From assembly GCA_051294375.1 (NCBI GenBank), contig JBJCIZ010001169.1, forward strand, positions 1 to 12,015: a stretch of 12,015 nucleotides of DNA, in the 5' to 3' direction. The notes under the pieces are model-generated. The model was not told the origin of the DNA, ran no database searches, and saw only the letters and a program-made list of their open reading frames with translations. Position 1 is the first letter of the stretch. Each line of letters starts with the position of its first letter. Below are positions 1-8,858 of this stretch, piece by piece. Source of the DNA: Paraspadella gotoi. Taxonomy: Eukaryota > Animalia > Chaetognatha. Both the position numbers and the translations under genes were made by a program.

Positions 1-720
1 TTCACTATTTGATTATACAATGTAAATACAATTAATTATTCAATCAATCAATCTATCAATCAATTAATCAATCGATTAACATCCATACTTGATATTCAAT
101 CAATAAAATAATTATTTCATTAATTAAAAATTTTAATTAAATAATTTAATCAAAAAATCAATTCGTCGTCGTTGTAATCATCGTCGTTGCTTTCACTGAC
201 GAAAAGACGAAAAGACAAAAAGATCTAAAAACAAACAAGTTTGAGCAAACAATGCAGGATCTATCAATAATTCAATCAATCAAATCAAGCAATCAAATCA
301 TCAATTAATCCGTCAGTCAATCAATCAATTAATCAATCAATTAGCATTGGTGTTATCATTGTCTTCGTTGCTTTTATCTTGGTCAGTGACCTGACGAAAA
401 TACAAAAAGACTGTTTGAGCAAACAATGCTAGATCTGATCAAATAATTAATTAATTGATTTACTGTTTGATGATGCTTTTTTATATTAAGTGTAAATGCA
501 AGCTGGATTAATTAATCAATCAATCAATTAATCAATCAATTAATCAATCAATTAATTTAATAATCAATTAATTTATCAATCAATCAATCAATTTAACAAT
601 CAATTAATTTATCAATCAATTAATCAATCAATCAATCAATTGATAAAAAAATTAATTAATCAGTCAATTAATCTTTGTTTGTGTTCTCGTTGTTCTCGTC
701 ATCATCATTGCTTTTGTCGG
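1..720. repeat. AATC/AATT low-complexity tract with a repeated core unit
   Basis: (AATC)n-like runs separate copies of a core TCGTTGCTTT...CTGACGAAAA...GTTTGAGCAAACAATGC..GATCT at ~163-262 and ~345-437, plus a partial copy at ~675-720. Confidence 0.85.
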
Positions 721-950
721 AATTTAATTTAATTTAAGTTAATCCTTTTCAAAACAATATACCTTTATATTTCTTTATAATTTGTCCATCAATTCATTAA
801 GTAAATGAGCGTACACTGGAACAACACTGTATTCTCAAACTTATTTGATTGAAATAAAATTATTTTTTAAGTTTTTTACATGAATTTTTAAACAATTTTT
901 AACCATTTTTTTACAAAAATTGAAATAATAATTCATTAGTCTATGTTTAC

Positions 951-1112
951 CTGGAAAGGGGCTTCGTTTTTCATCTTTCTGTGGCCAACATGGTAATAAC
1001 CTATAAGCAGCCCAGGAATTGGAGAGTCCTTCGCGGGAAACGTACGTACTATCAACGTACAAAATGCACTGGCACGACGGATGTGCCAGGCACAATCGGC
1101 AACCGTTATAAG
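951..1112 (-). CDS. Transposase exon with putative first catalytic Asp (LITVADCAW)
   Basis: Acceptor TTTACAG (AG at 1114-1113), 54 open codons, donor GTAAAC at 950. The Asp codon is 1097-1095. Confidence 0.75.
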
Positions 1113-1171
1113 CTGTAAAGAAAATACTTACAAAAACTGTTAAACCAACTCTAAAACTAGGACCAAAATAC

Positions 1172-1320
1172 CTTTTTCGAAGATCCAAGGCTTTCCAACG
1201 GAACAGTTTCTTTTATCTGCTTTCTATTTGAAAAAATTCCAGCCTCCAAGATTGCTTCAACTGGTTCCTGCAGTTTTCTCGTAACACTGTTGAAGGCTTG
1301 CCACCATAAAGTTTTAAGTC
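1172..1320 (-). CDS. Transposase exon (helical linker)
   Basis: Acceptor ATTTAG at 1322-1321, donor GTATTT at 1171. 149 nt, phase 1 to 0, compatible with both neighbours. Confidence 0.72.
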
Positions 1321-1387
1321 CTAAATATAAAAAATATAGCCAAATTGACTTTTTATAATACAGATACACATATACATTTGTTTATAC

Positions 1388-1610
1388 CCAAAGCAAAACC
1401 GAAGCGAGAGTATTTAGCAAAAGGTATCCCAGCAACATGGAAGGCGGCGACAATTTGGCTCTTAATTTGAACAGAAGGGTCACTTCGGTATTCAATTTTT
1501 TTCTTGCACTTTTGACAGCGTATGCAAATAACAACGGCGCCCCCAAGACCGGACGTTGTAATGCCCTCTGCTACCCATTTAGTCAAATCAGATTTCTCAC
1601 AGTCACACCC
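1388..1610 (-). CDS. Transposase exon with Cys4 (CDC...CQKC) putative zinc-binding motif
   Basis: Acceptor TTTCCAG at 1612-1611, donor GTATAA at 1387. 223 nt open; overlaps ORF 1353-1586. Confidence 0.75.
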
Positions 1611-1683
1611 CTGGAAATTTTATGATTTTTTAATTTTTATTCATAAATACTGGACTAAACTTCAAGCAATAAACTTAAATCAC

Positions 1684-1848
1684 CTGATTAATTTCGTTGA
1701 GCAATATGTTAATACTCTCAATGGTCCCCAAAAAAATTTGATTGGCATCTACCGGATCATTCTCTGTCTTTTTTTCAGCCCTCAAATCGATCTTTTCTGT
1801 TTCAGAATCAGACTCGGAGTAACTCTGGTTTCGGGAGTAATCAGGATA
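1684..1848 (-). CDS. Transposase exon (acidic/Ser-rich then helical)
   Basis: Acceptor TTTTTCCAG at 1850-1849, 55 open codons YPDYSRNQSYSESDSETEK...LLNEINQ, donor GTGATT at 1683. Confidence 0.68.
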
Positions 1849-1929
1849 CTGGAAAAAGATATTTGATAGCGAGTAATCATCTCTTAAGAGACTGAATCAA
1901 ATGCAACGGATTTATCTTTAAAACAATAC

Positions 1930-2008
1930 CTGAACATATCTTTATCAGAATCAGTACTGCTGCTTTCATCGTCGGTGAGGGAATTGAGGTTGTTTTCATC
2001 AATTAAAC
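1930..2008 (-). CDS. Transposase N-terminal acidic exon
   Basis: Acceptor TTTGTAG, reads LIDENNLNSLTDDESSSTDSDKD, donor GTATTG. One base short of the phase needed for the next exon. Confidence 0.6.
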
Positions 2009-2085
2009 CTACAAAGCAGTTAATTTAATTTAAAGCTTTAAAAAATTGACATGAAATAACCAAAATGATCTTGATTTTTTATTAC

Positions 2086-2234
2086 GTTCTATATCCTTAG
2101 ATTTCCTTATTATCGTACTCGTTTTTGTTGGAACCTTAATGGACGGCCTGATCTCTTATTATCCTGGTGACTGGAATTACTTGTCTTTTCTGGATTGTCT
2201 CCATTGCAGAGATTGACTATCTACCGGGTGCTCT
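2086..2234 (-). CDS. Transposase N-terminal exon with AT-hook-like KRSGRPLK (frameshifted in this copy)
   Basis: Acceptor CTGCAG, donor GTAATA at 2085. The copy at 11773-12015 has an extra base (GAACCTTTAATGG) that restores GRPLKVPTK. Confidence 0.5.
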
Positions 2235-2342
2235 CTGCAGCACGAGGGGAACAAGATGTATTTAAAAATGAATTAAATTAAATTAGAATTACTATTATTA
2301 AGAATTTATAAAAAGTTTTATAACAGAAAAAATTCACCCAAC

Positions 2343-2486
2343 CTTTTTCGGTGCGGCCATGAGTCTATTTTTCGAGTACGCAAATGCGGCGACCCTGAGA
2401 GAGTTTGAGCCGTGACGTCTAATAACTTCCTGGAAAGTTATTAATCCATCGAGCATTCTATGAGCGATGCCTTCAGCAGCAGGAAT
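2343..2486 (-). CDS. Probable upstream exon of the transposase gene
   Basis: Acceptor GTCAG at 2488-2487, 48 open codons ending MAAPKK, donor GTTGGG at 2342. Could be partly 5' UTR. Confidence 0.45.
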
Positions 2487-3773
2487 CTGACGTCGAGCAA
2501 AAATTACAACATATTTCATTATTAAAATCAGATAACTCTTCTTATATTTATATAATATATTTTGGGATGAAATAAAGATCTGATCGAAGTCTTAACGCCA
2601 AATTAGCTCATTGTATACCACAAAAATTTCATAATTACATGGTTATAGTAATTTTTATTAAAAATATCATTTTGCTAAGAAATTAGTAAAAACATAACAA
2701 CAACCTTTCTTGTTGGTCCTTCACTCCAAACAGATAGGACCGGGTTCTTCAGCACAAATTTAGTTTACTTTTTTCTGTCTACAACTATACTTTTTATGTA
2801 TTAACCCTCTCAATCCCGACATTAACGAGAAGCATCGCCTTACACTTGAATAAATGAGTATCTCGCACATAGACCGACGAATCGTTCTATCTGCGCCCAA
2901 GCCTTAAAAATTGGGAAGGCCCGAAAGGTAGCCTCTGGTGAAATCATGCGCCGCAAAATTCGAATTCGAAGAAACCCGAATTCCAGGCCTCCCGAGACTT
3001 AAACAGTCCAGCTGGGGTATCGCGCCAAAAGTAAACCATATATTAAAAGCCATTTGGTTTTATACGTCCAAGGCCATCCTAGACAATATTTTTTAAATTG
3101 GCCACTTACAAAGTTGGCAAAACAATAAACAAATAGGAAACACCGTAAGAAAAGAAGCTAAGAAAAAACAAAAGCAACAACGAAAAGACGAAGAAGAAGA
3201 AAACAAAAGGAAGAACGAAAAATCCTGCTTCGTTTAGCTGCGGCGCGGAAACACGCGTGATCCTCCTCAACCTCATCTCCCGAAGGAGGGTCCGAAAATG
3301 AGCCAAGTCCCCAACAGAAAACGAAGAGGAGAGTAACTCGAAACGATCGCATTTCGCGAAGAGCGTTAGACATAGAGAGAGTTTCGAATAAATCTTTTAA
3401 AGAATTATTTAATCGTAATTAATAAATCCGAACAATACGTACGCGATGAATTTAAGGACGATTTCTTTTGTCTACTAACCAAAATTTTAATGAAGGAGCG
3501 ACTTCTAATCTTGCTATACTATCTAAGGCAGCGTATGTTAGTCAGTAAACTGGAATTGTAAAGACCATATTGGAGAAGAGATATGAAAATCAAAGAGTAC
3601 TAATGTTTTACGAGAAAAATAAATAAAGTAACCCTATTATATTTTGGTCCTTGTTTGACTTACAAGGAGTTTTTGATTTTTTTTTCCTCGACACTTTCCC
3701 CTCATCATTAAAGAAAAAGAAAACATCATTGTTCAAAAGCCTTTATTAAACGAGGCTTGCACTGATATTTCAG

Positions 3774-5542
3774 CCTGCTACATTTAAAAATAAAAAAATG
3801 AAAATCTGGCGAAAAATGACTCCGCCTCCAGAAGTAAGGCCAATGAGGGTAATCAGTATTTAGAGAAGGTCAATTGAAAAAATTTCAATAATTATCTCAT
3901 CCTTGTTCGACTTGAACAAGGAGATGGGACTTTTTTTCTCCACTTTCCACGCGCGAGAAAAATTAATGACTATCAACCGATTCAAATTCCTTTGATGATA
4001 GAGACCCTTAAGCTTTATGATATCCATTTATCACTGGGTCCCCTTAAAAAAACATATTTTGAAATCACTTCTTTAATCTATACGATTATATCTTGACCGC
4101 ATATTAGCTAACACTCTAAAGTTTTAAGTTTTAAAATTTAACGACAAATCTAATTCACTTATGATTGTTAATTCCGAGCTCCTTAAATTCTTCCGCTAGC
4201 TTGAACCCCTGTTAACGAAACCTCCAAGGAATACTCGATCCCAGATTAACATCGCAATCGGCCAGATTCAGAGCTTGTCTTTTACATTTTCAAAATGAAT
4301 TGAAAAGTATTATGCTTACCGAAAAGAGACTTAAAACTTTTTTAACTTTAATATTTTTAGGGGGAGAGTTGACTTCGTAAAATTGACGGACGGCGTTTAC
4401 ATGGACCCAAAAAACAACGGCGAAACCAACAAATGGAAGAAGTTAGGAAAAACTTGTTTCAAGTCCAAGTGGCAAAAAAAATCCCTGGGTCGCCGTCGAT
4501 CTGGAATAAGATTGTAAGATTAAGTAAAATGCCGATTCAGAATAGTAATACGAACCCACGGATTTTAGTAAATCTTTTTTAGTAGTAAAAAATAAAGTTT
4601 TAAAAAAACTGAAGAATTATAGGACGCGAACGCGTTGAGAGGAGACTTTAACGCCTCCGCGTTCGCTTCCTTTTCCTTATTAACTCTGCTCACCCAATCC
4701 GGGATCAACCATCCATATCTCTGAGACGTGACAATAACCAGTCCTCATTCAGGCTCAAATCATTTCATATAGCCATTTCATAACAGGTTAACGTTGGAAA
4801 AGTCAAACTGTTTAACCGATTGAGGCAAGGGAAAATTTGGAAGATCGGAATTATCCCGTTCATCCCAAAGTTGAAAACATGCTGGCAAGTGGACAACCCA
4901 CCTTGTGTGGGGACAGGCCTCGACCGATTTCCAGGCAACACCGAAGATGAGCTTTATGATTAATTCGAGTTTAATCATGGTGTTTGTGAAGATTGCATGG
5001 TGTATGATGCGCCAATTGCCATACTAATCTAATTAATTAAGTTCTAGAGTAATTGGTGGTTTCATCAATAATCGTGAGTATAGTTAACTATTTAGTTATT
5101 CAAATTTTAAATTCAATGAGTCCTCAATTGGTCAGTCTCTTTTAATAAATATAGTCTGTCTATTAATATTAATGAGTACTTGTTTCAAATCTTCAAGGTT
5201 AATTCGTTCTCGACTCTGGCGTCCCGTTGCGGCACTTGGCAGACCACAACATCGGCCACCCTCCACTTCGGACAACATCCTGAAAACGGAGAAAAGTTCA
5301 TTATTCCTCGACGTTGCTTGGGATTTCTTGGAAATCGACCAAGAAAGAAAGCAGACGCTGGTTACGCCGAGAGAATTGAAAGGATGGATCGACATTAGGA
5401 GGACGAAGGTGTGGGAACGAACACAAAATGCGACGCTTGGAAGAAAGAGTTCATGAAACATGATGCTCATTGAAGCCAGGTGTCCTTGGTAGAGAAAAAG
5501 AAAATTTGATCGACAAAGGCGGATAGGATTATATATGGCTTA

Positions 5543-5581
<39 letters not shown>

Positions 5582-5858
5582 TCGCAGTCTTGGAAAGACT
5601 TCGCCGCCCGCACTATCCATACGTCCGTGGACTGCGGGGCATCACTGGTGGCGCTTCGTCGCGTCCGATACTCAATGATGATCGGTCGCACGTCGAGGAA
5701 CTAACTTTTTGAACGACTCCCTTTGACTCTCTCGCGAGTCGAGGTGGAGAAAGCATGAGGATATGAAAAAGTATTACGCTGTCCGAAAAGGCGTGGGAAG
5801 GATAACCCCTGGGGGAAAGGCTTGCCCTGATGATGATGCGCTATCTCTTTGGTGTTAA
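3774..5858 (+). other. Tentative multi-exon gene of unknown function, divergent from the transposase
   Basis: Higher-GC blocks bounded by AG/GT or long open frames: 3774-3833, open frame 3878-4096, ~4170-4307, 4361-4513 (TTTTTAG...GTAAGA, open), 4787-~4960, 5198-~5456, 5588-5858. They cannot be joined without indel corrections, and no domain was recognised. Confidence 0.35.
5546..5578 (+). repeat. (CT)n microsatellite
   Basis: About 16 perfect CT units, directly upstream of TTCGCAG (possible acceptor at 5586-5587). Confidence 0.95.
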
Positions 5859-7222
5859 TTTTGAGGTAATATCAATGATTTGCTTGTTTATTATTTGAAA
5901 TTGTTTTTGTTGCCAGTTTTATCAATCAATGGTAATATAAAATAGTATATGCTGGATATCTATCAAAAAAAGACCTTTTTTATTAGTACTTGTAGGTTTC
6001 AATTCTTTTTTTCATTTTAAACAACTTCACCACTTTTTAAGTCTGGAAAACTTTGAATTATATTGACTAAACTCAACTTGGACCCAACGAAAACAAATAT
6101 ATAAGTTGGAATAAATCAATTTTTGTTCGAAAATAAAATTTAATTATAACTTCATTTAATCTAAGTAAATTAAGAAAAGAAATGGGAAACCATCTACTTC
6201 CTCTGCATGTAAATGGTACATTGAATAAATTTGCCTATCTCAATTTTTTAATGTACGAAAGTTAGATTATGATCAATTTAAACGCCGAAAGGAACTTTTT
6301 TTTTTTTTTCGCTCCGGGTCAAAAAATAGATTAATTGTTAATCAATAATCCCGGAGCCGCGATATTCCCCTAGTCGTACCAAAGACGGAATTAAACGAAT
6401 CAAATGTACAAGAAACAACATTTAATATATAATGTGATTCGTGCACGAGGTGCGAAGCATATTGTATTTTTTTAAGAAATTTTTTTGTTTTTTCGTTTTG
6501 TTTTTAAATTTTTTTTTTTAACGGAATTGGTGACAAAAGGTAACGGTTAACATGTAATTCCAGAAAATTTACGTCGCAATTCCTATACAGCGATAAGCGG
6601 ACCCGCACAAAAATTCTCAGCGTAGTAACCGATACATGAAGCTCAACGGTAATAGTGGCAAAAAAAATGAAACTACATCATAACTTCTTTTTTTTACAAC
6701 TTAACAGTAATCGGCTAAATTGTACACACATGAAATAACGTACGGGGTTAACCGGGATTTACGAAGAGTCGTATAGGGGGACAAGGCGATCTTCCTTGGC
6801 AGCTGTTTTTTAAAAAAAAATATTAATCAAATTAAGTCAACGTGTTTAAAGAATATTCTTGCAAGAAATTACGCAGGTGAAGGGGGATTCGTCTTCGAAG
6901 GGCGCAGGGAAAAAAGATAGGAGAACAGAAACAAAGAGGTTCTAACGATGATCTAGTGGTAAGAAATTGATTTCGGTCCGTTTCGCGGCAAAAAAAGACT
7001 GAATACATTTCTCGTGGAAGAGAGAATAGGGGGGACCAATTGGAAAAGTGGAACATCAATTCAGTGAGGGGGGCTGGGAGGTGGGAAGCAATCCGCGATT
7101 TCTGGTGAGAAAATCGCGGTCCACTTACTGTTGGAATTTAATTAAATTTCAGTTGTTTTTTTTTAATGAAAATTTATACATTGTTTACTGATCTCTAGAT
7201 CGTAGAACCAGAATAGAGTTGG

Positions 7223-7255
7223 TGACGACGAACGACGACGACGACGACGACGACG
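7223..7255 (+). repeat. (GAC)n trinucleotide repeat
   Basis: gacgacgaacgacgacgacgacgacgacgacg, just downstream of the cyclin D stop region. Confidence 0.9.
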
Positions 7256-7270
7256 CCCTAGGACGACGAT

Positions 7271-8145
7271 TCATTGACCGCCGATCAACAAGGCCACCGC
7301 CCTCGACGTCGGTCGCGTCGTAAGCGCCCGCTTCGCTGCGACGAGCGTCGCGCTGGTTTTGTCGTCGGCGATGCCTGGCGCGGAACCGGGCGCGCCACCG
7401 GCGCGGATTTCTGCGGGCGCCAGCGTTGCCCCAGATGAAGGATCTGCTCGTGGCATTGGAGCGCAGGCACTCGCGTTCGATGTCCGGTGATTCGCTGCAG
7501 CTGCTTCCAGCGACGAATTCAAGCGTCGACGACGTCGAAGGCAGAACTTCGGCAGGCCGAAATGTCGGTGCGTGTGTTGGAGTTGGCGAAGCTGCATCAG
7601 CTTGCCTGGCGTCCAGTCGGCGGCGGTTAGACCCGGAAGGCGGCGCCAAAAGGCGCTGCGCGTGGTGGTAAAGTTGGCATTCAAGCCGGCGATGGCGGAA
7701 GCTGATGGCAGCAGGCCGCGATCATCGAGGGCCGGTAGTGGATGAATTTAAAGTCAGTCGCCGTCGCCGCAAGCGTGCTGCTGGCCGGCCGCGGCGGATC
7801 TGCGGCGCCACCGGCGCGACACGCCCCTCCCAGCGCCAGAGATCTGGTCGAGAAAGTCAAGAGGGGTGAGCGGCAGCGACGTCCCACCGTACCGCCCCAA
7901 GCAACGCAGCTGCCCACGTCAACATCTGCCTCGTAGGGTGATGGAGTTGTCCGTGTAGAGGACCAGCTTGTCCGCCGTCAGCGGACGCCTCTCCTTGAGT
8001 TTGGAAGCGACGAACATGGCGACGGCGGCGACGAGTTGGAGGTGGCACTTCTGGACGCGGACTTGGGAGAGGAACCAGGTCCCGAGGTAGTTTGACCGAG
8101 GCGAGCAGGAACACGTCGTCCTCCGCACTTTTGCTCCTCGCAGAC
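7271..8145 (-). CDS. CycD: G1/S-specific cyclin D, large terminal exon; multiple 1-bp frameshifts; exon 1 not in window
   Basis: Across frames it reads [72 protein letters not shown]...VRWDVAA/LDFLDQI...[16 protein letters not shown]...AIAGL...ECL/QCHEQI...T(P)TDVE. This is colinear with animal cyclin D ([60 protein letters not shown], TPTDV). A polypyrimidine tract and AG at 8147-8146 sit right before VCEE. The stop is either TGA 7287-7285 or 7273-7271. Confidence 0.93.
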
Positions 8146-8185
8146 CTAAGAAAGGGCGGCGATGGAAGAGAGAGAGGAAAATGAA
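8146..8185 (-). promoter_or_regulatory. Splice acceptor / polypyrimidine tract of cyclin D intron 1
   Basis: ttttcctctctctcttccatcgccgccctttcttAG|GTC TGC GAG, phase 0. As I recall, this is the same position as intron 1 of vertebrate CCND genes (WMLE|VCEE). Confidence 0.85.
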
Positions 8186-8858
8186 TGGAATTAGAGATTG
8201 AACAATGCAACAATGGCGATGTTTGTTAAGATTGCTTTTGCTGCCAACGATCAATTGCCATAGATTAAAATTACCATCATCAATCAATCATATTTATCAT
8301 CATCTGTCCTCATTTCAACTTGAATTTTTGAGAGGATCAGAGGGCATCTAACAATGAGCATTATGTTTAAGGAAGATTTAAATCTTTGTTCCTCTTTGTA
8401 AGCTTCCTCCCTCATGTCTTTCGGACCGGACTGACGAATTAATACGAATGTTGTTTTTTTTCAAGTCATTAGCCGTATCGGCCAAGAGCCGATATGACGC
8501 CGAGTTATAAATTAGCTCCCGTGCCAACTTTTGTTAAAAAAGAAAAAAATTCAACTCTTGTCAGAATAGAAATAAAGATTCAAAAAGATTAATTGAAAAA
8601 ATTTTAACTCATGTCAGAAATTTTTAGGTGCAACTTTAAAAGAATCACAAGTTTATCTATTGATAATATTTTGTACTAAACTAGTGATTAGAATCCAGAT
8701 TTTAAAAATTAGTTTTATGTCTTGGGACCATTTAATGATATGAAATATTGAATACGAATTTTATAATTGTTTTGTTCGTGAACTAAACTGGTTTTTTTTA
8801 AGTCGGATCTGCTTACAGCAGAATCCGCGACTCTATAAACTCACTTTTTATAAAGCAC

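Larger units (their letters stand above)
951..2486 (-). mobile_element. Spliced DDE transposase gene (Kolobok / 'Mutator-like' transposase family), 3'-truncated
   Basis: Manual splicing gives exons 2486-2343, ~2234-2086, 2008-1930, 1848-1684, 1610-1388, 1320-1172 and 1112-951. The five introns downstream of 2086 are 59-81 bp GT-AG. The last four exons join in frame without correction: ...INQ|GCDC...GLGGAVVICIRCQKCKK...IKSQIVAAFHVAGIPFAKYSRFGFALG|LKTLWWQAFNSVTRKLQEPVEAILE...SSKK|LITVADCAWHIRRASAFCTLIV...GLLIGYYHV. This follows my recalled family pattern CxC...GL...CxxC...G..Y..F...L...(helix)...DGxW. The family call is from memory, not from a search. Confidence 0.75.

Noticed and set aside
841-1188. 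115-aa minus-strand ORF
   Set aside because: Wrong frame and runs through introns; the spliced frame (LITVADCAW...) explains the region.
1437-1866. Plus-strand ORFs 1437-1625 and 1522-1866
   Set aside because: Antisense shadows of the transposase exons; splice signals support the minus strand.
2705-2778. Possible further upstream transposase exon (FVLKNPVLSVWSEGPTRK)
   Set aside because: Has AG/GT boundaries but an in-frame TAA; could be UTR or an indel artefact, so it was not called.
4080-4290. Minus-strand reading DVNLGSSIPW...KELGINNH|KVLAN as a transposase N-terminal exon pair
   Set aside because: Contains a stop, needs a 43-bp intron, and competes with an equally plausible plus-strand reading; unresolved.
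7185-7936. Overlapping Arg/Ala/Pro-rich ORFs on both strands as separate genes
   Set aside because: They are frameshifted pieces or antisense shadows of the GC-rich cyclin D exon.
7271-8145. Programmed frameshifting or RNA editing of cyclin D
   Set aside because: Indels are scattered, lack slippery sites, and also occur in non-coding duplicated DNA; sequencing error is more parsimonious.
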